Assembly: GCA_964595655.1 (NCBI GenBank)
Contig: CAZQQV010000001.1
Coordinates: 1-58,571 of the forward strand
DNA from: an uncultured Caldimicrobium sp.
Lineage (GTDB): Bacteria > Desulfobacterota > Thermodesulfobacteria > Thermodesulfobacteriales > Thermodesulfobacteriaceae
Reading direction: 5' to 3'
DNA: 58,571 bases
Made by a program: the position numbers and the translations under genes. The notes below the pieces were generated by a model. The model did not search any database, was not told the origin of the DNA, and saw nothing but the letters and a program-made list of their open reading frames with translations. This document shows positions 28,756-37,139 of this stretch, piece after piece; the stretch's first letter is position 1, and the number at the start of each line of letters is the position of its first letter.

Positions 28756-31700
28756 CTAAGAATTGGAATCTCTGAAATTACCTCCTAAAGCTTTGATAAA
28801 TAAAACCTGTCTTTTAAGCCTTTCTCCTTCAAGGTTAACCAATTCTAATTTTGATGAAAGGAGCTGTCTTTCAGCATCCAAGACCTCAAGATAATTCACC
28901 AAGCCAGTTTCATATTTTGACTTAGTTAAAGCATAAAGCTCTTCAAGGGTTCTTATTCTTTTCTCCATTTCTTTCAGCTTTGCTTCTACAGTTTCCAGTT
29001 CATTTAAAGCTAAACTTACTTCATAAAAGGCCTCTTTTACGGTTTTCACATATTGATAGAGGGCTTCCTTTTTTTGAGCTTCAGCTATCTCAATTTTAGC
29101 TTTTCTTCTTCCGAAATCAAGAAGTGTGCCTGAAAGAAGGCCAAAAAGATTCCAATAAGTGGCACTCCCCTGAATTAGATTTGACAATTCAAGACTCTGA
29201 AAACCAAGGGCTGAAGTGAGGGTTATTCTTGGAAAGTATTCCCTTTTGGCTAAAGCTACATCATACTCTGAAGCCTTAAGATTGTGTTCTGCTTGCAAAA
29301 TATCAGGTCTTTTTTCAAGAAGGGAAGAAGGTAAAAAAGGTGGAATCCTAAGAGGGGAGGGGAAGTCCTTTGCAAAATTAATCTTTCTTTCAAACAATTC
29401 TGAAGGTTCCTTGCCAAGAAGTAAGGAGAGCTGATCCTGATAGAGTTTGATTTCTCTTTTAATATTCTCTATTAAAACGGCTGTATTTTCCCATTCTGCT
29501 TTAGCCTGTAAAACAGGAATTTCTGAAGAAAGCCCAAGTTCAAAATTTCTTCTTCTTAACTCATAGTTTTGTTTTTGATTTTCCAAAAATTGAGAGGCAA
29601 TTTCCAGTCTTTTTTGAGCTGAAATGAGATCAAAGTAAGTATTGATTACAAGGGCGGTAAGGGAAATCTCAAGAGCCCTTTTTCCCTCATAAGTTGAAAG
29701 ATACTGATGAAAATAGCTTTTTTCTTGAAGAGAAAGCCTTCTAAAAAGATCTATCTCGTAGAAAACAGCTAAGTTTATCTGATATGTGGAAAAGGTTTCT
29801 CCCGGTCGCGGAGTTAGAGTTTCTTCACTTGTACGTTCACGAGTGGCTTTTAAATTGTATCCTACTTGAGGCCACTTGTCAGCCTCTACATACTTTACAC
29901 GTTTTAAAGCCTGCTCAAGCCTTGCAGAGGCTATCATAAGATTGTCATTATTTTTTAAAGCCTCTTCCATAAGCTTATTAAGAAAGGGGTCTTTAAATTC
30001 TTCCCAGTATTTTTCCTTTAATAGGGCATCCTTTGAAAAAATCGGAGATGAAATGGTGGAAGGCAAAGATATCTGAGGTTTTTGGTGAGCAATATTGGAA
30101 GAGCAAGATACAAGGAAAAGGGAAAAAATGATAAGAAATTTAAATCCTTTTACAATGCTAAGTTTTTGAGTAATCCTTTTGACTAAATAATAAAGAAAGG
30201 GGATAAAAAAGATTCCTATAAGAGTTGCCATTAGCATTCCACCAACAACAGTCCAGCCAATAATGTGTCTGCTTGCTGCTCCTGCGCCTGAGCTCAAGGC
30301 CAGAGGAATAGCTCCTGCAATAAAGGCAAAAGAAGTCATAACTATTGGTCTATATCTCAAGCGGACTCCTTCAAGGGTTGCAGACATCAAATCCATCCCT
30401 CTCTTAAGCCTCTCTTCAGCAAATTCCACAACCAGAATGGCATTTTTGGCTGAAAGCCCAATAAGGGTAATAAGCCCCACTTGAAAATAAATATCATTTT
30501 CCAGACGAAAAATATTTAAAGTTAAAGAAGCTCCAAGAATAGCAAAGGGTATAGAGAGCATAACTGCAAGGGGCGCAGACCAACTCTCATAAAGGGCAAC
30601 AAGGATTAAGTACACAAAAACAATGGCATAAAGCATATTTTGACTGCTTTTTTCCTGAACTCTTAACTCCTGGAAACTTGCTCCGGAAAAAGAAATAGAA
30701 AATCCTTCAGGTAAGATCTCTTTCGCAATTTCAGTAACAGCCTTTAGTGCCTGGCCAGTGGAATAACCTGGTTTAGGTTCACCAAGCACTCTTGCTGCAT
30801 TGAACATGTTAAATCTTTCAAGCACCATAGCATCAGCTGTTCTTTCCACCTGAATGAGGTTACTCAGAGGAATAAGCTCTCCTTTTTTATTTTTTACAAA
30901 GATTCGGCTATAATCCTTTATATCTTCTCTAAAATTTCCTTCTGCCTGAAGATAAACCCTGTAAACCCTTCCGTAGAGATTAAAATCATTAACATAGATT
31001 GCACCAAATGTAGCTGCAAGGGTTTTATAAATATCTTCAACTTCTACATCATACATATAGGCCTTGTCCCTATCTACCTTTACTACATAGTAAGGGGTTC
31101 TGGCATCAAAGGTGGTTCTAACAGCTGTAAGTTCAGGGCGCTCATTTGCTTTAGCAATGAATTTTTGAGTGACTTCAAAAAGAGCAGGGGTTCCTCTTCC
31201 AAGAAGGTCTTGGATATAAAGTTCAAAACCACCAGTTCTTCCAAGCCCCATAATAGCTGGAGCATTGACAATAAATATGAGAGCATCTCTTTCCTTGGAA
31301 AAAAGGTTATTTAATTTTTGAGCTATAGCAAAGGAGCTCTGGCTCTCCTTTTTTCTCTCTTTCCAGTCTTTTAATCCGATAAAACCTCCTGCTGAATCGG
31401 TCTTAAAAACAAGACTCTGAAAATCAATCCCAGAGATAGCCACATAACGATCTACTTCTGGGATTTTCATTAACACATCTTCAACCCTTGAGACAAGCTC
31501 ATCTGTCATTTTCAGAGATGAGCCAGGTGGAAGATTAGCAAACCAGAAAAGGGCACTTTTATCTTCTGCGGGAACAAGCCCTGTGGGTAATTTTTTATAA
31601 AAATAATAGGTAAGTGGTATGGTCAGTAAAAAAATAAAGAGAAAAAAGAAAGGTCTTCTTAAGATAAAAGAAACATTTCTTATAAAGCTTTTTCTTGTGA

Positions 31701-33255
31701 GTTCAAAAAAATCCTGAAAAAGCTTTATAGGATAAAAAGGGGGCTTTTCCTCTTTTTTGAGGATAATGGCACAAAGAGAAGGAGTCAGGGTAAGGGCAAC
31801 TAATCCAGAAAGAATCATGGATGTAGCAATGGTTATGGCAAACTGCTGATAAAACCTTCCAGTGAACCCTCCTACAAAGGAAGCAGGTATAAACACAGCT
31901 GATAAAACAAGCACTATGGCAATCACAGGGGACGATATCTCTTCCATGGCTTTTAGACTAGCCTCTTTGGGAGAAAGATTTTCTTCTCTCATAATTCTTT
32001 CTACATTTTCAATAACAATTATGGCATCATCCACCACAAGACCTATAGCAAGAATAAGCCCAAAAAGGGTTAAAAGATTAATGGAAAAACCAAAGGCAAA
32101 AAGAAAGGCAAAAGTCCCTATGATTGAGACAGGAATAGCAAGAACAGGAATCAAAGTAGCTCTGAGATGCCCAAGAAATAGATAAATCACAAAAACCACA
32201 AGAAAAACAGCAAGCCCAAGGGTTATTATGACCTCTTTTATAGATTCCTTAATAAAAAGAGTGGGATCATAGGGAAAGAAAAATTTTAAATCCGGGGGAA
32301 AACGCTTGCTTAATTCTTTGAGAACTTTATCAAGTCTTGCTGAAACCTCAAGGGCATTGGCTCCTGAAGAAAGAAAAATTCCTACAGGAATAACATTTTG
32401 CTTCTTGAAAAAGGAATTTCTGTTAAAGGTCTCAGAAGAAAGTTCAATTCTTGCTACATCCCTTAATTTTAAGGTTGATCCATCTGGAAGCTCTTTAAGA
32501 ATAATTTCACCAAACTGTTGGACATCAGAAAAACGAGAATCCCCTTTAACAGGGAAGGTAAAGTAATTTTTCGTTGTGAGAGGCTCTCCTGCAAGAACAC
32601 CTCCTGAAAATTGTTGATTTTGTTTGGTTACAGCCTGATAAACCTCAAGAGGAGTTAAGTGATAACGATAAAGTTTATCTGGAATCAGCCAAATTCTTAT
32701 GGAATATCTTTTTTCATCAAAAACGATAGCATCTCCAACACCGGGAATTCTTTTTATTTCATCCACTACATTTAAAAGAATATAATTTGAAAGTTCCACA
32801 GGGTCTCTCTGATTCCCCTCTGAATAGAAAGCAACTACCTTTAAGAAATCTGGGCTTCTTTCTCTTACTTGAATACCCTGTCTCCTTACTTCTTCTGGAA
32901 GTCTTGGAAGAACCAGTTGAACCCTGTTATTAACATCCATTTTGGCAACATTTGGATCTGTTCCAATCTCAAAGAAAATATTTAAAGTATATACACCTGC
33001 TGAAGAGGAGGTGCTTATCATGTAGAGCATATTTTCTACACCATTTATACTCTCTTCAATGGGTGCAGCAACACTTTTGGCAATGGTGTCTGCATCAGCT
33101 CCTGGATAGGTAACTGTAACCGTTATCTGAGGAGGAGTAATTGTGGGATACTCTTTAACTGGAAGAACCTGAAGAGAAATCAATCCAAGAAGCACTATGA
33201 TTATGGAAAGAACTATTGCCGCTTTGGGTCTATTAATAAAAAAGGCTGAAATCAC
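28756..33255 (-). CDS. HAE1-family RND efflux permease fused in frame to a NodT/OprM-type outer-membrane factor
   Basis: aa 1-~1030 AcrB-like (FFINRP, GLVVDDAIIVIEN, AKNAILVVEF, RYRPIVMTS); lipobox LVSC at Cys1051; OEP motifs LLEKRPDI..AE, YFPRITL, YLEVLDAERQL, KALGG. Confidence 0.92.
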   Translation of the reverse strand: MISAFFINRPKAAIVLSIIIVLLGLISLQVLPVKEYPTITPPQITVTVTYPGADADTIAKSVAAPIEESINGVENMLYMISTSSSAGVYTLNIFFEIGTDPNVAKMDVNNRVQLVLPRLPEEVRRQGIQVRERSPDFLKVVAFYSEGNQRDPVELSNYILLNVVDEIKRIPGVGDAIVFDEKRYSIRIWLIPDKLYRYHLTPLEVYQAVTKQNQQFSGGVLAGEPLTTKNYFTFPVKGDSRFSDVQQFGEIILKELPDGSTLKLRDVARIELSSETFNRNSFFKKQNVIPVGIFLSSGANALEVSARLDKVLKELSKRFPPDLKFFFPYDPTLFIKESIKEVIITLGLAVFLVVFVIYLFLGHLRATLIPVLAIPVSIIGTFAFLFAFGFSINLLTLFGLILAIGLVVDDAIIVIENVERIMREENLSPKEASLKAMEEISSPVIAIVLVLSAVFIPASFVGGFTGRFYQQFAITIATSMILSGLVALTLTPSLCAIILKKEEKPPFYPIKLFQDFFELTRKSFIRNVSFILRRPFFFLFIFLLTIPLTYYFYKKLPTGLVPAEDKSALFWFANLPPGSSLKMTDELVSRVEDVLMKIPEVDRYVAISGIDFQSLVFKTDSAGGFIGLKDWKERKKESQSSFAIAQKLNNLFSKERDALIFIVNAPAIMGLGRTGGFELYIQDLLGRGTPALFEVTQKFIAKANERPELTAVRTTFDARTPYYVVKVDRDKAYMYDVEVEDIYKTLAATFGAIYVNDFNLYGRVYRVYLQAEGNFREDIKDYSRIFVKNKKGELIPLSNLIQVERTADAMVLERFNMFNAARVLGEPKPGYSTGQALKAVTEIAKEILPEGFSISFSGASFQELRVQEKSSQNMLYAIVFVYLILVALYESWSAPLAVMLSIPFAILGASLTLNIFRLENDIYFQVGLITLIGLSAKNAILVVEFAEERLKRGMDLMSATLEGVRLRYRPIVMTSFAFIAGAIPLALSSGAGAASRHIIGWTVVGGMLMATLIGIFFIPFLYYLVKRITQKLSIVKGFKFLIIFSLFLVSCSSNIAHQKPQISLPSTISSPIFSKDALLKEKYWEEFKDPFLNKLMEEALKNNDNLMIASARLEQALKRVKYVEADKWPQVGYNLKATRERTSEETLTPRPGETFSTYQINLAVFYEIDLFRRLSLQEKSYFHQYLSTYEGKRALEISLTALVINTYFDLISAQKRLEIASQFLENQKQNYELRRRNFELGLSSEIPVLQAKAEWENTAVLIENIKREIKLYQDQLSLLLGKEPSELFERKINFAKDFPSPLRIPPFLPSSLLEKRPDILQAEHNLKASEYDVALAKREYFPRITLTSALGFQSLELSNLIQGSATYWNLFGLLSGTLLDFGRRKAKIEIAEAQKKEALYQYVKTVKEAFYEVSLALNELETVEAKLKEMEKRIRTLEELYALTKSKYETGLVNYLEVLDAERQLLSSKLELVNLEGERLKRQVLFIKALGGNFRDSNS

Positions 33256-34376
33256 TTTAATCCCTCAACAATTTTTTCAATTTTAACCTTCATTTCAGGT
33301 TTTAATTTCATAAGATTATCAAGGGCAACAAGCTCTCCAGGTCTTATCCCTTCTTCAAGAACATAAAACTCCCTATAGGGAAGACCAATTTTAACAGGTC
33401 TAACCTTGGCCTTTCCCTCTTCAATTACATAAACAAAGGTCCCTTTAGGACTTTGCATTAAAGCCTTTTGAGGAAGAAGGATCACCCTTTTTGGAAATCC
33501 GCTAATACCAACTCTCACAAAATTATTTGGAAGAAGCTCTCTTTTGGGATTAGGAACTATTGCCCTTACTTTTAATGAAGAAGTCTCATCAAGTTTTGAA
33601 TCAACAAAATCTATAGTTCCTTTATACTGATAGGCAGTCCCCTCTGATAAAAATATTGTAATCTTTTTGTCCTTAAGTTTTTGAAAGTCTCCTTGTTTAA
33701 GCCCCAGAAGTTCGAAATCTCTCTCAGGAATGGAAAATTCTATGAAAAGCGGATCTGTCTGAGTAATGGTGGTAAGAATAGTTCCAGGTGTAACTAAATT
33801 TCCTTCATCAACTTCTCTTTTTCCTACAAAACCAGAGGCCTCAGCCCTAACTTCAGAGTAAGAAAGATTAAGTTCAGCTAAAGAGAGATTGGCCTTTGCC
33901 TCTTTTAGGCGCGCCCTTGCGGTTTGTAGGTCAGAAAAAATTTTATCTCTCTCACTTTCACTAACAAGCCTTGCTTTAAAAGCCTCTGAAACCCTTTTCC
34001 ATTCCCTTTCCAATCTTTCCAATTCTGCCTGAGCTTTCTCAACTTGAGCCTTAGCATATTCATACTGAGCTAAATAGGGCTCTCTTTCTATTAAGTAAAG
34101 GAGATCTCCTTTTTTAACATAAGCTCCTTCCTTGAAAAACCTTTTCTTTAGTATTCCAGTAACTCTTGCGACAACTTTTACTTCAGAGGGGCTTTTGGTC
34201 TTTCCCGGATAGAGCATTTCAAAATTTATCAAAGTGGGATCAGAAATTTTGTAAACATTAACAGGAATTTCCTTTGGAAGCCTTGAATCTCTGAGAGATT
34301 CCCTTTTAGCTTCGCAGGATGTTAGCAATATTATGATGATTAAAAATAAAAACCATAGTTTAAAATTTTTTATCAC
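33252..34376 (-). CDS. RND periplasmic adaptor (AcrA/MexA-like lipoprotein)
   Basis: Lipobox LTSC, VVARVTG, FKEGAYVKKGDLLY.I, LLPNNFVRV. Confidence 0.92.
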   Translation of the reverse strand: MIKNFKLWFLFLIIIILLTSCEAKRESLRDSRLPKEIPVNVYKISDPTLINFEMLYPGKTKSPSEVKVVARVTGILKKRFFKEGAYVKKGDLLYLIEREPYLAQYEYAKAQVEKAQAELERLEREWKRVSEAFKARLVSESERDKIFSDLQTARARLKEAKANLSLAELNLSYSEVRAEASGFVGKREVDEGNLVTPGTILTTITQTDPLFIEFSIPERDFELLGLKQGDFQKLKDKKITIFLSEGTAYQYKGTIDFVDSKLDETSSLKVRAIVPNPKRELLPNNFVRVGISGFPKRVILLPQKALMQSPKGTFVYVIEEGKAKVRPVKIGLPYREFYVLEEGIRPGELVALDNLMKLKPEMKVKIEKIVEGLK

Positions 34377-34992
34377 CTTTGTCCTCCCAAGTTTTCTCTA
34401 AACTCAAAGTTTCTAAGACACCAAAGAGAAAAATATGGACATAACTCTCAATAATTTCCTCTTCAGATTGATCTTTAAAGTTTAAACCTTTTATCTCTAC
34501 CGCATGAAAATATGAAAAAAAGAGACCCAAAAAGGCTCTTGCAAGAAGATTTGGAGAAATAGTTTTCTTTATCTTTTCTTCCCTTTGCAATTTTTCAAAA
34601 AATTGAGCGACCTCCTGAATAATTTTTTCAAAAGTTTTTTGATAGGAATCCTTTACAATTTCTGGATATCTTGGAAGTTCAACAAGCATGATTCTTATTA
34701 GGTCTCTGCGGTTTTTCAAGGTCTTAAGAAAGGCCTTAGCAAGCACTTTTAGAGCCTCATCAATGGGCATTTTAAGAAGGTCTTTTGATATTTCCTTTAT
34801 TTTGGGGAGAAAAGAATAGTGTTCAAGGACACTTATAAAAAGATTTTCTTTAGTTTGAAAATGCCGAAAAAGGGTAACCTCTGAAATTTCTGAAGCTTTG
34901 GCAATTTCCTTGGTAGTGGCCCCAAGATATCCCTTTTGTGAAAAAAGCTTCAAAGCTGCTTCAAGGATGCGTTTTCTGGTATCTTCTATCAT
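34360..34992 (-). CDS. TetR/AcrR family transcriptional regulator
   Basis: TRKRILEAALKLF..KGY..TTKEIA....SEVTLFRHF.TKE HTH. Confidence 0.93.
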   Translation of the reverse strand: MIEDTRKRILEAALKLFSQKGYLGATTKEIAKASEISEVTLFRHFQTKENLFISVLEHYSFLPKIKEISKDLLKMPIDEALKVLAKAFLKTLKNRRDLIRIMLVELPRYPEIVKDSYQKTFEKIIQEVAQFFEKLQREEKIKKTISPNLLARAFLGLFFSYFHAVEIKGLNFKDQSEEEIIESYVHIFLFGVLETLSLEKTWEDKGDKKF

Positions 34993-35006
34993 TTTATAAG
35001 TAGTTT

Positions 35007-35022
35007 AAGTAAGCACTAACTT
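35007..35022. promoter_or_regulatory. Putative TetR operator
   Basis: Imperfect palindrome AAGTAAGCACTAACTT just downstream of the predicted tetR TSS. Confidence 0.6.
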
Positions 35023-35029
35023 TCGTAGG

Positions 35030-35058
35030 ACTATATACGAAAAATTTTTTCTTGTCAA
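35030..35058 (-). promoter_or_regulatory. Sigma70 promoter of the tetR-efflux operon
   Basis: TTGACA-17 nt-TATAGT on the minus strand. Confidence 0.75.
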
Positions 35059-35076
35059 GAGAGTATAAATTTGCTG

Positions 35077-35171
35077 GATTTTAGAATTATTATTAAATTG
35101 ATAACTGCAAACCCTTCTGCTTGCAAAGAAAACTCTTACTCAAGCTACGCGTTGCAGCTACTTCTAAAATC
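35077..35171. repeat. Long imperfect hairpin / palindromic intergenic element
   Basis: GATTTTAGAA/TTCTAAAATC 10-bp inverted repeat enclosing nested CTGCAA/TTGCAG, GCTTG/CAAGC and AAGA/TCTT stems. Confidence 0.5.
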
Positions 35172-35284
35172 AAAAAATTATAAAGTTGGTAGCTCCTAGC
35201 TTTAGCCCGCATTGTTTTCTGAAGAATAATAAATCAAAGAAAAAATTGAAAATTTTGTGGTAAACTAAAGTAAATATACAGGTA

Positions 35285-35926
35285 ATGGAGATACAAATGG
35301 GAAGTGAAGTTTTTGATAAACACGCTAATGAGTATGAGCTTTGGTATGAAAAATATACCCACGCTTATCTTTCAGAAATTGAAGCAATAAAGCCTCACAT
35401 AGTAGAGGGACTTTCCCTGGAAATAGGAGTTGGGTCTGGAAGATTTGCCAGGCCTTTAAATATAGATTTCGGACTTGATCCCTCAATGGAGATGCTTAAA
35501 TTTGCTAAAAATCGTAAGATTAAGGTAATAAAAGGAATAGCAGAGAATCTTCCCTTTAAAAAGGAAAGCTTTGAGCTTGTTCTCATGGTGGTTACCATTT
35601 GTTTTCTGGAAGACCCAAAAAGGGCTTTATTTGAAATAAAAAGGGTGTTAAAACCCAAGGGTAGGGTAGTAATAGGCTTTGTGGATAAGGAAAGTTTTCT
35701 TGGAAAAATTTATCTTGCAAAGAAGGATAAAAGTGTTTTCTATAGGGTAGCTAAATTTTATTCCACAAAAGAGATTTTACAATTACTTAAAGAAACAGGT
35801 TTTACTCCTCTTTTAATCACCCAGACCCTTTTTAAACCCCTTGAGGAAATAAAAGCGCCTGAGCCTGTCAAGGAGGGTTATGGAGAAGGAGGCTTTGTAG
35901 TAGTATCTGCTGAAAAGTCTTTATGA
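35285..35926 (+). CDS. Class I SAM methyltransferase (Methyltransf_11-like); start may be 35297
   Basis: LEIGVGSGRF, GLDPS..ML, AENLPF, RVLKPKG. Confidence 0.88.
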   Translation: MEIQMGSEVFDKHANEYELWYEKYTHAYLSEIEAIKPHIVEGLSLEIGVGSGRFARPLNIDFGLDPSMEMLKFAKNRKIKVIKGIAENLPFKKESFELVLMVVTICFLEDPKRALFEIKRVLKPKGRVVIGFVDKESFLGKIYLAKKDKSVFYRVAKFYSTKEILQLLKETGFTPLLITQTLFKPLEEIKAPEPVKEGYGEGGFVVVSAEKSL

Positions 35927-36597
35927 GTCTCACTCTTTCAGTAATAATTCCAACTCTAAACGAAGAGAGGTATTTATCTAAAGCCCTTGAGTCTCTTGAA
36001 TTGATTGCCCCTGATGAAGTCATTGTGGTTGATGGCGGAAGCACTGATAAAACCTGCGAAATTGCCCATGATTTTGGGGCAAAAGTTATTCTAAGTGATA
36101 GGGGAAGGGGTAAACAACTGAAAATTGGAGCTGAGATAGCAAAAGGGGATCTTCTCTTTTTTATGCATGCGGATTGTCAAATTCTTAATAAAATTTGCTT
36201 GAAAGGTATTTATAAAAAGGGCATCCGAGCTGGTTATTTTAGGCTAACCTACAATACCAAAGAATTCTCATTAAAACTTCTAGAAAATTTAATTAATCTC
36301 AGAGCTAAATTTTTTCATCTTCCCTATGGAGATCAGGGGCTTTTTATTGAAAAGGAGCTTTATGAAAAAATTGGTGGATTTAAGGAGTTTCCCTTTCTTG
36401 AAGACTTTGACTTGATTTTGCGACTAAGAAAGATTTTTCCGCCAGTGGAACTTCCTGGCAAAATTTTAGTATCCTCCCGAAAATTCCGTTCCAGTTTTCC
36501 CTTTTATCCCTTTTGGATAAGCCTTAGGAATAACTTAATTCTCCTCTTATTCCTCTTAGGGGTCTCTCCTGATTCTTTGAGAAAAATTTATAAGTAA
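35923..36597 (+). CDS. GT2 glycosyltransferase, TIGR04283 (arsenosugar-cluster) family
   Basis: SVIIPTLNEE, VVDGGSTD, HAD, PYGDQGLF, FLED, SSRK. Confidence 0.85.
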   Translation: MSLTLSVIIPTLNEERYLSKALESLELIAPDEVIVVDGGSTDKTCEIAHDFGAKVILSDRGRGKQLKIGAEIAKGDLLFFMHADCQILNKICLKGIYKKGIRAGYFRLTYNTKEFSLKLLENLINLRAKFFHLPYGDQGLFIEKELYEKIGGFKEFPFLEDFDLILRLRKIFPPVELPGKILVSSRKFRSSFPFYPFWISLRNNLILLLFLLGVSPDSLRKIYK

Positions 36598-36622
36598 CAA
36601 TAAACTTTTTTAAAAATTCTAT

Positions 36623-36652
36623 TTGACAAAATTTCTTTCTGAAGTTTATAAT
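36623..36652 (+). promoter_or_regulatory. Consensus sigma70 promoter of the rhodanese-arsM/arsS operon
   Basis: TTGACA-18 nt-TATAAT. Confidence 0.75.
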
Positions 36653-36697
36653 TTTATACCTGATTAAAACCATAAACTTTTGAAGGGGGGTAGAGCT

Positions 36698-37138
36698 ATG
36701 AGAAGAGGGCTAGTTAAGATTTTGGGTGTGCTAATCTTAAGTTTGGTATTTTCTTTCTTTTTAAGCAAGGTGACTTATGCTAACAACTATCTTAAGCCAG
36801 AGGAGTTAAAAAAGTGGCTTGAGACTGGAAAGAAGGTTATTATCGTTGATATTCAACCTCATGATGAGTTTGTGAAGCGCCACATTAAAGGTTCCATTGA
36901 AACCAATGCTTTTCCTGCCAATACTGATGAGTTAAAAAAGAGGCTTGATAAAGCTCTTCCTGTTATTAATAAATCTAATGATCCAGTAGTAATTGTTTGT
37001 CCAAGGGGAAAGAGCGGGGCCAAAAATGCTTATGATTATCTTAAATCCAAAGGGGTTCCTGAATCAAGACTTTATATCCTTGAAGGCGGTATAGCAGGCT
37101 GGCCTTATCCCGAACTTCTTGAAAAAGGTGGAAAGTAG
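36698..37138 (+). CDS. Exported rhodanese-domain protein
   Basis: Signal peptide, HIKGS, VIVCPRGKSG active-site loop, LEGGIAGW; ATG 36698 follows a G-rich SD. Confidence 0.85.
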   Translation: MRRGLVKILGVLILSLVFSFFLSKVTYANNYLKPEELKKWLETGKKVIIVDIQPHDEFVKRHIKGSIETNAFPANTDELKKRLDKALPVINKSNDPVVIVCPRGKSGAKNAYDYLKSKGVPESRLYILEGGIAGWPYPELLEKGGK

Positions 37139-37139
37139 T

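Noticed and set aside
35101-35160. tmRNA-like resume context (ATAACTGCAAAC...TACGCGTTGCAGCT resembling a YALAA tag)
   Set aside because: No tRNA-like 5' GGGG or 3' T-arm/CCA ends, the tag frame does not end in AA-stop, and the region is too short.
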